NCBI GenBank assembly: GCA_042217545.1
Contig: JBDGSM010000032.1
Coordinates: 1 to 38,244 of the forward strand
Length of the DNA stretch: 38,244 bases
Origin: Candidatus Nanohalobium sp.
GTDB lineage: Archaea > Nanohalarchaeota > Nanosalinia > Nanosalinales > Nanosalinaceae
Reading direction: 5' to 3'
Positions 28,057 through 36,500 of the stretch are shown one piece after another; position 1 is the stretch's first letter, and the number at the start of each line of letters is the position of its first letter. Position numbers and translations under genes: made by a program. The notes beneath the pieces were generated by a model. It did not search any database, had not been told where the DNA came from, and saw nothing but the letters and a program-made list of their open reading frames with translations.

Positions 28057-28111
28057 CGATGAAAATCAGTAGATTTTCGGAGTTACGGAAAACACGAGGT
28101 GTTTTCGAATA
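28053..28111 (+). promoter_or_regulatory. Double-hairpin leader element upstream of rpl10 (copy 2)
   Basis: GAAAATC-AGTA-GATTTTC (28061-28078) and GAAAACAC-GAG-GTGTTTTC (28088-28106), the latter containing SD GAGGTG. Confidence 0.65.
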
Positions 28112-29122
28112 ATGGTACAACCAACACCTGTAAACCTGACAAGAGAAGAGAAAGAAGCCAAAGTCGAAGAGTTCGAGGAGAAGATCGAAAGATATCCTGT
28201 CATCGGAATCCTCGACATGCACAACCTGCCAGCAAAGCAGCTCCAGCAGATCAAGAAGGACATGAAAGACTTCGCGGACGTCAAGATGTCCAGAAAGACT
28301 CTTATGGAGATCGCGATCGACGGAGCAGAGAAACAGGACATCGAACAGCTGGAGGAAACTGAAGCAACACAGCCAGCATTCATCTTCTCCGAGAAAGATC
28401 CCTTCCAGCTATACCAGCTGATCAAGGAGAACAAGACAAGCGCAGCAGCACAGGGCGGAGAAGAAGCACCGAACGACATCGAAGTACCTGACGGAGACAC
28501 AGGAATCGGACCAGGCCCAATGCTTGGAAAACTCCAGCAGAGGGGCCTCAACGTCCAGGTACAGGACGGATCAATCCACGTCCAGGACCCAGGAGTCATC
28601 ATCGAGAAAGGAGACACGATCACAAGAGACGACGCGGAGATCCTATCACAGCTCGGAATCGAGCCCCTGGAGATCGGACTCGACCTCGACATCGCCTACA
28701 ACGAAGGAGAACTCTTCACAGCAGAAGAACTCGACATCGACGTCGACCAGTACAGAAGCGACGTGGAAGCAGCAGCTTCACAGGCTTTCAACCTCGCAGT
28801 CAACGCAGGAATCATCAACGAAACAACTGCAGAGACAATCGTCCAGGAAGCAGTCAGAAAGGCAAAGAGCCTGGCGATCAGCGAAGGCCTGCCATTCGAA
28901 GAGACGATCGAGGAAGCACTCGCCTATGCCGCATCCAACGCGGAAGGCCTCGACTCCCAGCTTGACCTAGAATCAGTAGACCTCGAAGACGAAGGAGAGG
29001 AAACTGAGGAAGAAGCTGAAGAGGACGAGAGTGAAGAAGATGAATCCGACGAGGAGGAATCTTCTGACGAATCCGAGGAAGACGAGTCCAAGGATGAAGA
29101 CTCAGACGAAGAAGAGGAGTAA
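28112..29122 (+). CDS. rpl10: 50S ribosomal protein L10 (uL10/P0)
   Basis: QLQQIK, MSRKTL, GDTG.GPGP and LGIEP motifs, acidic tail, operon position. Confidence 0.96.
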   Translation: MVQPTPVNLTREEKEAKVEEFEEKIERYPVIGILDMHNLPAKQLQQIKKDMKDFADVKMSRKTLMEIAIDGAEKQDIEQLEETEATQPAFIFSEKDPFQLYQLIKENKTSAAAQGGEEAPNDIEVPDGDTGIGPGPMLGKLQQRGLNVQVQDGSIHVQDPGVIIEKGDTITRDDAEILSQLGIEPLEIGLDLDIAYNEGELFTAEELDIDVDQYRSDVEAAASQAFNLAVNAGIINETTAETIVQEAVRKAKSLAISEGLPFEETIEEALAYAASNAEGLDSQLDLESVDLEDEGEETEEEAEEDESEEDESDEEESSDESEEDESKDEDSDEEEE

Positions 29123-29127
29123 AAATC

Positions 29128-29170
29128 CTCTCTTCGCACCACATATTTCTTTTTTCTCTTAATTTTTCCG
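29128..29170 (+). terminator. T-rich tract after rpl10
   Basis: ATTTCTTTTTTCTCTTAATTTTT downstream of the stop codon. Confidence 0.45.
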
Positions 29171-29211
29171 GCAAGTTCTTAAGCCAGAATAGATAACTTA
29201 GGCATAGGCCT

Positions 29212-29448
29212 ATGGACAAACTTATCGAACTCATAATTGTCGTAATGGTGCTCACCATTACCGGAGCAATTGTAATGTTCGGTTTCAGCGATCACATACA
29301 CACGTTCGACAAGTCCGGAGATCAGATACTGAACGGCACCGGATGCAAATACGCCAGACAGCAGAAGGATAAAGGTGCTATAGATGAGCTGCCGGACAAA
29401 TGCAAGACCGACTTCAGGCCTGAACCTCCGAGGATCTCAGCTACCTAG
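29212..29448 (+). CDS. Small membrane-anchored protein with a Cys pair (possibly pilin-like)
   Basis: N-terminal hydrophobic helix LIELIIVVMVLTITGAIVMF and two Cys in the C-terminal half. Confidence 0.6.
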   Translation: MDKLIELIIVVMVLTITGAIVMFGFSDHIHTFDKSGDQILNGTGCKYARQQKDKGAIDELPDKCKTDFRPEPPRISAT

Positions 29449-30156
29449 GAGTTTCCGGACTTTGGAGGCCTCGCCACTGACAATCGTTCTTATGGTTTCT
29501 TCGTCGCCTCTCTGGAGGGCCAGCTCGAACCTTTTCTCGCGCGAGTAAAGTTCGCCGGAAAAGTCTCCTACATCCACTTCTCTGCCGGAGGCCTTCAGTT
29601 TCCCGTTCTCGATGTATCCTTCCTCGTCCACGAGGGCGGCGAAATCTCTGTCGAACTCAAGTTCTTCAAGCAGTTCCTGGAGGAACTTCGGATACCTGAC
29701 CTCGAATCTTCCCTCCCTCGAATAAGTCGAGAACGGAACTTCTCCGAGGCCTTGAAGCAGCTCCTGGAACCTTTCCGCCAGTGACCTTTCATCAGTTATG
29801 TAAGTGGGGATTCCTTCGCTGTTAACTGAGACAGAGGCCTCTACACGGGTTAGAAGTTCGTCGGGAACTTCAAGAGGGAACCTGATGTCTTTAACCGTTT
29901 TGCTGCGGCCTTTGCCCTTCAGGGCCTCGACCCCTCTGGAGTTATTGCCTCCCATCAGCCTCTTGACGAAGTTGACCGGTAGGAAGACATCCTTGTTCTT
30001 CCAGTTGTAGAGCTTGGACTCTGAGTACTCGAAATGTTCTGTAAACTCTTTTACTCCGCCGAACTCGTCGATACGGTGCCATAGCTCCTTCTCCGCTTCT
30101 TCTGTCAGTTTTACCCTGAGGTCCTCCGGCAGCTGATTGAACTCCACCCTCGTCAT
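29437..30156 (-). CDS. Hypothetical protein with HTH-like and degenerate LAGLIDADG-like segments
   Basis: GGVKEFTEHFEYSESKLYNWK is HTH-like and FAALVDEEGYI is LAGLIDADG-like; the family call is by eye only. Confidence 0.55.
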   Translation of the reverse strand: MTRVEFNQLPEDLRVKLTEEAEKELWHRIDEFGGVKEFTEHFEYSESKLYNWKNKDVFLPVNFVKRLMGGNNSRGVEALKGKGRSKTVKDIRFPLEVPDELLTRVEASVSVNSEGIPTYITDERSLAERFQELLQGLGEVPFSTYSREGRFEVRYPKFLQELLEELEFDRDFAALVDEEGYIENGKLKASGREVDVGDFSGELYSREKRFELALQRGDEETIRTIVSGEASKVRKLLGS

Positions 30157-30225
30157 TTGTACTCATCTGTGTGTCGAGGTCTTTTAACTGTTGACATCCG
30201 AGTTTGAGGTATTGGTGACAAATTA

Positions 30226-30537
30226 ATGGAACTAGTTTACGCAGCACTGACACTTCACGAAGCCGGAAAAGAAGTTAACGAAGAGAACCTGGAAGCAATC
30301 GTCGACGCAGCAGACCTCGATGTCGAAGATTCCGAGATCGCAGCACTAGTCGCAGCACTCGAAGACGTCGACATCGAAGAAGCAATGGAGACAGCAGTCG
30401 CAGCAGGCGGCGCAGCAGCAGCTCCAGCCGGCGGAGACGACTCAGCTGAAGAAGAAGCTGAGGAAGAGGAAGAAGAGGACGACGAAGACGAAGCCTCTGA
30501 AGAAGAAGCAGCTGAAGGCCTAGGCTCAATGTTCTAA
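30226..30537 (+). CDS. rpl12: 50S ribosomal stalk protein L12 (P1/aL12)
   Basis: MELVYAALTLH, ALVAALE.VDIEEA, Ala-rich hinge and C-terminal GLGSMF. Confidence 0.97.
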   Translation: MELVYAALTLHEAGKEVNEENLEAIVDAADLDVEDSEIAALVAALEDVDIEEAMETAVAAGGAAAAPAGGDDSAEEEAEEEEEEDDEDEASEEEAAEGLGSMF

Positions 30538-30544
30538 AGGCCTC

Positions 30545-30580
30545 CCCGTTCTTCACACATTTTTCTTTCTTCTTTTTTCG
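30545..30580 (+). terminator. T-rich tract after rpl12
   Basis: ATTTTTCTTTCTTCTTTTTT downstream of the stop codon. Confidence 0.45.
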
Positions 30581-30619
30581 ACACATCTGATAAAAAAATT
30601 CTCGAATATCACTTTTCCT

Positions 30620-33394
30620 ATGAAAGGCCTCGACGAACTGAAAGCAGAGATCAAAGAGGAAGCGAGTGAGAACCCTGAGAAGTTTTTCGCGACAGACGTG
30701 CTTAGAGAGAAAGGCTTCAGCCGTGACCAGTGTTCCAACTGTGGAATGTATTTCTGGAGTGCAGACAAGGAACGTGAAGTATGTGGCGAGCCAGAATGCT
30801 CGGGCGGCTACACCTTCATAAACGATTCTCCTACCGAGAAAACTTTCTCCTATATCGAGGCCTGGGAACAGTACGAAAGCTTCATGACCGCCCGCGGATA
30901 CACGTCTATCGACAGGTACCCGGTCATAGCGAGATGGAGGGATAACGTCGAATTCACAGGAGCAAGCATCTACTGCTTCCAACCACACGTCGTATCCGGA
31001 GAGGCAGAGCCACCAGCAGACGAACTAGTAATACCTCAGCCATCGCTTAGATTCAACGACGTGGACAACGTCGGCGTCACCGGACGGCACTACGTCCTGC
31101 ACGACCATCTCGGCCAGACATGCTTCCGCAAAAGCGAGGAGTACGACCAGGACCGCTACTTCCGCGACATGTTCGAATTCGCAATCCAGGGCCTTGGAAT
31201 ACCGGAAGACAAACTCATACTCCACGAAGACAGCTGGGGTGGAGGCGGAAACCTCGGAGCCGCAATGGAATTCTTCGTAGATGGCCTCGAACTCTGGAAC
31301 CAGGTCTACATGTTCTACAGACAGACGCCGGAAGGCTACGAAGAACTTGACCTCAAAGTCCTCGACATGGGCATGGGACAGGAAAGAATAACCTGGATCA
31401 GCCACGGAACCGAGACAAGCTACGAATGCGTAATGCCCGACACTCTGGAAAAGATGAAGGAACGCACAGGCCTCGAAGTCAACCAGGAAACCTGGGAAAA
31501 GTTCTTGCCATACAGCAGCGAGTTAAACGTCGACGAAGTAGACGACATAGACCAGAAATGGCAGGAAATAGCAGATAAAATCGATGAAGACGTCGAAGAA
31601 TTGAAAGAAGAGATAAAACCTGCTGCAGCACTTTACAGCGTCGCGGAACACACCAGAGCACTGATCTTCGCGCTCGCAGACGGAAAGATTCCAAGCAACA
31701 CGGGTGGAGGCCACAACCTCAGAATGATCTACCGCAGAGCCAAAGACTTCATAGAGAAATACAACTGGGATCTCGACCTCGAAGAAGTCGCCAGATGGAA
31801 CGCAGAGGAACTTGAACCAATGTTCCCCGAACTCCTGTCCTCAATGAGCGAGATAAAAGAGATACTTGAAGTAGAAGAAGAAAAATACGAGGCCTCTCGT
31901 GAAAAAGCCCTGGAAAAACTGGAAGGTCTTGAAGAAGAACCTGATGTAACGCGGATGATAGAACTGTACGAATCCCATGGCGTAAGCCCTGAGATGATGG
32001 AAGAACACGGTTTCAAGGTGCCAGAGGACTTCTACATGATGCTGAGCGATGAAGAGGAAGTGGTGGAAGCGGAAGAAGAAGGATTCCGCCTGGAAGACGT
32101 TCCAGAAACGGAAAAACTTTACTACAGGGATCAGAAGCTCCAGAGATGTGAAGCGGAGGTTATCGCAGTCAGAGAAGACTGGATCGTACTGGATAGAACA
32201 GTTTTCTATCCTGAGGGAGGTGGACAGGAACCGGATCACGGAACCCTGGAAAAAGATGGAAAACTCTTTGATGTCGTAGACGTCCAGAAACAGCAGGACA
32301 TCGTACTCCACAAAGCCGCAAGCCACGACCTCAAGGTTGGAGACAGCGTTGAAGCCAGGATAGACGGAGACCGCAGAAAACAGCTTATGCAACACCACTC
32401 CTCAACCCACATGGTCAACGGAGCAACCCGAAAACATCTGGGCGAACACATCTGGCAGGCAGGAGCACACAAAACCCAGGAAAAAGGCAGACTCGACGTA
32501 ACACACTACGAAAAAATCTCACGTGAAAAACTGGACGAAATAGAGGCCTCAGTACGTGACATGATAGATCAGAACAGGACAATAATCACGGAAGAACTTC
32601 CAAAGAGCGAAGCAGAGCAGAGATACGGCTTCAGGATCTACCAGGGCGGCGCACCACCAGGAAACATGGTAAGACTCATCAAAATAGAAGATATCGACGT
32701 AGAGGCCTGCGGAGGAACACACCTGTCCTCCACAGGAGAAGCCGGCGAGTTCTATATCACAGGCTCCAAAAGAATACAGGACGGCGTCATAAGACTTGAA
32801 TACAAAGCAGGACACGCGGCAGAAAAATACATAGAAGAGATCCAGGACAGAATAGACAGGATCAAGGAAAAAATAGGTGCAGACCTGGAGACAAGGCCTC
32901 GCCTGGCTCAGAGAGATCTATGCAGGATTTTCTCGGTCGAACCGCAGCAACTTGAAGACACTGTCGACAGGTTCCTCGAAGAATCAGAGGAATACCGAAA
33001 AAAAGCCGATAAACTGGCAGAATTCCTCGGAACAGAAAAAGAGATCCAGGAGATCTCCGGACAGAAAGTCATCCAGAAGGCAGAAAATCTTTTCCAGGCC
33101 TGGAAAAGCCGTGAGAAAAAAGTCGAAGAACTTGAAAGCCAGGTAGAGGCCTTCGTCGAGTCAGAGATCGAAGAAGAAAACAGCATCGAGCTTGAAGTAC
33201 CTACTGAAAACGTAGGCCTTCTGATCCAGATAGCCCAGAAACTTTCATCAAAGCATCAGGCCGTAGTCACGTTAATAGGTGAGAAAGGTGCCGTCTCTGC
33301 CTCAGGAACCGATGAAAGCGCCAGGGAAAAACTGGGGGCCTACTCAGATAACGTTCAGGGAGACGAAAAGTTTGCAAAGGCCTTCGATATCTAA
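30620..33394 (+). CDS. alaS: Alanine--tRNA ligase (archaeal type)
   Basis: CxxC..FWS, YPVIARWR, QPSLRFND.DNVG.TGRH, DMGMGQER, FYPEGGGQ, HxxxH and CGGTH editing motifs. Confidence 0.98.
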   Translation: MKGLDELKAEIKEEASENPEKFFATDVLREKGFSRDQCSNCGMYFWSADKEREVCGEPECSGGYTFINDSPTEKTFSYIEAWEQYESFMTARGYTSIDRYPVIARWRDNVEFTGASIYCFQPHVVSGEAEPPADELVIPQPSLRFNDVDNVGVTGRHYVLHDHLGQTCFRKSEEYDQDRYFRDMFEFAIQGLGIPEDKLILHEDSWGGGGNLGAAMEFFVDGLELWNQVYMFYRQTPEGYEELDLKVLDMGMGQERITWISHGTETSYECVMPDTLEKMKERTGLEVNQETWEKFLPYSSELNVDEVDDIDQKWQEIADKIDEDVEELKEEIKPAAALYSVAEHTRALIFALADGKIPSNTGGGHNLRMIYRRAKDFIEKYNWDLDLEEVARWNAEELEPMFPELLSSMSEIKEILEVEEEKYEASREKALEKLEGLEEEPDVTRMIELYESHGVSPEMMEEHGFKVPEDFYMMLSDEEEVVEAEEEGFRLEDVPETEKLYYRDQKLQRCEAEVIAVREDWIVLDRTVFYPEGGGQEPDHGTLEKDGKLFDVVDVQKQQDIVLHKAASHDLKVGDSVEARIDGDRRKQLMQHHSSTHMVNGATRKHLGEHIWQAGAHKTQEKGRLDVTHYEKISREKLDEIEASVRDMIDQNRTIITEELPKSEAEQRYGFRIYQGGAPPGNMVRLIKIEDIDVEACGGTHLSSTGEAGEFYITGSKRIQDGVIRLEYKAGHAAEKYIEEIQDRIDRIKEKIGADLETRPRLAQRDLCRIFSVEPQQLEDTVDRFLEESEEYRKKADKLAEFLGTEKEIQEISGQKVIQKAENLFQAWKSREKKVEELESQVEAFVESEIEEENSIELEVPTENVGLLIQIAQKLSSKHQAVVTLIGEKGAVSASGTDESAREKLGAYSDNVQGDEKFAKAFDI

Positions 33395-33912
33395 TTCCTT
33401 GTGCAATAAGGCGCTGCGTTACCCCAGCTTTTCATAACGGAGCAGATCACGTTTCCAACGTTCTTCGGAGTCAGATCCTTATCTACAGTAGCTGGAACCT
33501 GCTTCCTGGATGTCTTGAAGCCGAAGACCAGCACTTTAGGGTACTGTGTTATTCTGTACTGCTGTGCGATCTTCGAATCCGAGGCGTTAACCACAGAGAT
33601 AAATGCTCTTCCCGTGAACTTATCCGTGAGGTTCTTCAGAGGCATAAGCTTTTCCTTGCCTTCACTGCTATTGTAGACTGCCGATACTATCACGGCATCG
33701 TCCTTTAAACTCAGGTACATTCTCTGCCTGGCCGTGAGATTGTAAGGGCCTTCCTTGAATGTCTGAGTCGGTAGTTCCGCGGTAAGCTTCTTTTTGTTTC
33801 CTCCTCCGCCGGTGTTGACAAGTCCTGCATAGGATGCGATGCCTCCGAAAGCAAATCCGCCGGCCATAAGGAGGCCTACAACAAGTACCGCGTACTGTTT
33901 TACATCTGCCAT
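33391..33912 (-). CDS. Membrane-anchored exported protein, basic, possibly thioredoxin-like fold without CxxC
   Basis: N-terminal TM helix, IAQQYRITQYPKVLVF, four N-x-S/T sequons and a C-terminal Cys pair. Confidence 0.7.
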   Translation of the reverse strand: MADVKQYAVLVVGLLMAGGFAFGGIASYAGLVNTGGGGNKKKLTAELPTQTFKEGPYNLTARQRMYLSLKDDAVIVSAVYNSSEGKEKLMPLKNLTDKFTGRAFISVVNASDSKIAQQYRITQYPKVLVFGFKTSRKQVPATVDKDLTPKNVGNVICSVMKSWGNAAPYCTRN

Positions 33913-33997
33913 ACCTCTGGATATAAGCAGTAATTAATAAAGAAGTACGTTTTTCTGACCGACACCGTTAAAGAAATTGACCTTCGAAACCCACGGT

Positions 33998-34393
33998 ATG
34001 ATAGTAGGATTCAATATTGACGCGATCGACGCATCCAAAAAGGAGAACGCAGGAGGCGACCTACAGGTCAACTACAGGCCTGAGATCACCGAGATCGAGG
34101 AAGCACAGGTCAACGCATTCGAAGAGCCTGTCGCAAAGATCGACTTCAAGTTCACAGTAAGCTATGTCGCAGGAGACGACGAAGCAGCAGCGATCGAGAT
34201 GGAAGGAAACGTACTCTGGAAAGGAAACGTTGACGTTGTAACAGAGGCCTGGGAAGAAGAGAAAAAGCTGCCTGACGAGATCGAGGCACCGCTGATGAAC
34301 GAACTTTACAGGCAACTTCTCTCAGAAGCAGTAGGCATCGCAAACACCCTGAACCTGCTGCCGCCGATCCCGACACCCCAGGTAGAACAGTAG
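33998..34393 (+). CDS. Conserved archaeal hypothetical protein
   Basis: MIVGFNID...FKFTVSY...IEMEGNVL...NLLPPIPTP; acidic, with normal codon usage. Confidence 0.75.
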   Translation: MIVGFNIDAIDASKKENAGGDLQVNYRPEITEIEEAQVNAFEEPVAKIDFKFTVSYVAGDDEAAAIEMEGNVLWKGNVDVVTEAWEEEKKLPDEIEAPLMNELYRQLLSEAVGIANTLNLLPPIPTPQVEQ

Positions 34394-34402
34394 AAAATTC
34401 TT

Positions 34403-34615
34403 TCAGCGGTTGAGGCCTACCATCCTCATTTTTTCTCCCTTCATTACTTCCTTCCTGTAGCTCTCCACTTCTCCCCGCTTCTCCAGGATGTTGAGACATC
34501 TGTGGACATCTGCCTCCGACCATTCAAGTTCCTGCGCAAGGAGGCGTGCCGAAGGCCTTTTTCCATTCTTAATTATCCTCCTCGCTTCTTCCATGACCTG
34601 AGTTTCACGTTCCAC
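34403..34615 (-). CDS. Small winged-helix DNA-binding protein
   Basis: PSARLLAQELEWSEADVHRCLNILEKRGEV HTH pattern. Confidence 0.7.
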   Translation of the reverse strand: MERETQVMEEARRIIKNGKRPSARLLAQELEWSEADVHRCLNILEKRGEVESYRKEVMKGEKMRMVGLNR

Positions 34616-34652
34616 GAAGAAGGTTTAAACCGCGAGCTAGAAAAGTATTTCT

Positions 34653-34865
34653 ATGAGCCAGGAACCAGAGAGCTACGAGGACATCCTTGAAGAGCTTGAG
34701 GACGAAGTCGAGCATGCCGAGAAAGATTTCGAGGAGGCGAAGGATGATGACGCCACAGGTTCTCTGAAGGAGAAGCAGGAACGCGCTGAAGACCTGATGA
34801 ATGAGATACACAGCCAGCTGGACTTCCTGGAGAACCATCTCGATGAGATCGAAGGGAAAGATTAA
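34653..34865 (+). CDS. Small acidic coiled-coil protein
   Basis: 70 aa helical acidic ORF with TTTAAA about 25 bp upstream. Confidence 0.65.
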   Translation: MSQEPESYEDILEELEDEVEHAEKDFEEAKDDDATGSLKEKQERAEDLMNEIHSQLDFLENHLDEIEGKD

Positions 34866-34901
34866 TAATTTTTGATGATCTAAACAAAAACTGTGATAAC
34901 A

Positions 34902-35327
34902 ATGAGAAGACTAAGAAGAACCGACGGCGTCGAAGATCTCTTCGACCAGATGCAGAAGATGTTTGAAGACGTGCAGGACACAGGCAGAGACCTGGCAAGC
35001 GACTTCGTGGGAACTTTGCCTGTCGACATCCAGGAGGAAGACAACGAATACGTCATCACCGCAGACCTCCCGGGCGTCGAAAAAGACGAGATCAACATCA
35101 CCGGCGACGAAACACAGGTGGAGATCCACGCCGAAAGCGAGGCAGAGCTGAAGGAGGAAAACGAAAAATACATCCGCAGAGAGAGAAGAAGCAGAAGCTT
35201 CCGCAGAACAGTCGCCTGGCCACAGCCAGTAGAAGCAGACACGATCTCAGCAGAGTATGAGGACGGAGTACTCGAGATCAGAGCTGAAAAACAGGAAGAC
35301 GGCGGAAAAGAGATCGAAGTCGAATAA
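34902..35327 (+). CDS. hsp20: Small heat shock protein (Hsp20/alpha-crystallin)
   Basis: PVDIQE, ADLPGVEK, RRER and AEYEDGVLEI motifs, C-terminal IEVE. Confidence 0.95.
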   Translation: MRRLRRTDGVEDLFDQMQKMFEDVQDTGRDLASDFVGTLPVDIQEEDNEYVITADLPGVEKDEINITGDETQVEIHAESEAELKEENEKYIRRERRSRSFRRTVAWPQPVEADTISAEYEDGVLEIRAEKQEDGGKEIEVE

Positions 35328-35330
35328 AAA

Positions 35331-36332
35331 TTACCTGGAGAGCAAAACTCTCCCCTCTACTTTTTCATATTCAACTTTCTTACCGAACTTCTCCACGACC
35401 GAAAGATTAGTCTCCACGTGATCAGTTAACTCACCGATAGAAACCGTTCCGCCGACAAGAGCCAGGAAAACAATCAACTGATCAGCCACGAACTGATCGA
35501 CACAGGCCTCAGAACCCCTGAACTGTTCAAACTGCGTGACAGCCCTGAAAGCATTCTGCTCGGCCCTATTCCCACGCTCATCCACTGCATCGAAACCAGC
35601 GACAGAGTTTTCATAAGAGGCCTTCAAAAGAGAGACGGCACCATCCGAAACCGAATCAACATACTCAAAACTCTCCGAGACAGGAACATCTACCTCAAGC
35701 TCGGATTTCAGGGCCTCTAACGTTTCTTCAGCTACTTCTCTATCCTTGAGAGATTTCGAGGCCTTCACACGCAGTTCTATCTCCTCCAGCTCCCCTCTAT
35801 CTGTGAGGTCAAGTTTTTTCATGGAGTAAGGTCCTGTCTCAAGCCTTGCAGTTCCGCCGCCTTCAGGGTAGAAACCAGTTTTTTCTACACTGTATCCTCC
35901 TTCAAATCCATGCTGCTGCAGTAATGGGATCTTCACGCCCCCATAATGCAGTGAGGAAGGTGACCACCTTACATCCGTGCCGCCAGAGATCTCCGCGGAG
36001 AAATCTTCATCGATCTGGGTCGTGACAGGCAGGAGAGTGTCGATCACAAGGTTTACACTTCCTGCTGTGCCGATGTCCGTGTTCAGGGCCTCTTTTCTCA
36101 AGTTTCCGGGTTTAAAAGTTATCTCCTCGGAGTTGAACTCGACTCCGTCGGTCTTGGCGTCGCATATCTTTTTCGCCATCTTCACTGCCTGTAGATGCTG
36201 GTTTTTCAGGCCTGCGTCCTTTCTCGACCCTCTGATACTGGTCATGCGGAAGTTTTTCCCTGTTACCGCGGAAAGTGTTAGTGCGGTTCTCAGCATCTGG
36301 CCTCCGCCTTTCGCGCCGTTTATCTCGATCAT
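35331..36332 (-). CDS. rtcA: RNA 3'-terminal phosphate cyclase
   Basis: GGGQMLRTAL, GLKNQHL, TAGS, GGTDV, GFYPEGGG, ADQL and HVETN motifs. Confidence 0.92.
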   Translation of the reverse strand: MIEINGAKGGGQMLRTALTLSAVTGKNFRMTSIRGSRKDAGLKNQHLQAVKMAKKICDAKTDGVEFNSEEITFKPGNLRKEALNTDIGTAGSVNLVIDTLLPVTTQIDEDFSAEISGGTDVRWSPSSLHYGGVKIPLLQQHGFEGGYSVEKTGFYPEGGGTARLETGPYSMKKLDLTDRGELEEIELRVKASKSLKDREVAEETLEALKSELEVDVPVSESFEYVDSVSDGAVSLLKASYENSVAGFDAVDERGNRAEQNAFRAVTQFEQFRGSEACVDQFVADQLIVFLALVGGTVSIGELTDHVETNLSVVEKFGKKVEYEKVEGRVLLSR

Positions 36333-36500
36333 AGGCCTTTCTTCCTCGGTGAAATGTATAACTGTTTATCCGACAGTTGCATTCAACGACAATTATTTAA
36401 CTTCTGCATGGAAATTTTCAGATAAGATGAGAGGAGTGGGGGAAAAGAGCCTGCGCTTTGAAAACATGAGCGTTATGCGAGGGTGCCTCCGCTGAGTTCT

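Noticed and set aside
28985..29120. Repetitive GAA/GAG/GAC tract as a tandem repeat or array
   Set aside because: It simply encodes the acidic tail of uL10; the same applies to the rpl12 hinge.
35331..36332. RtcA as a possibly inactive enzyme (VDQFVADQ lacks His)
   Set aside because: The catalytic His lies in the downstream HxxTN motif, which is present (DHVETN).
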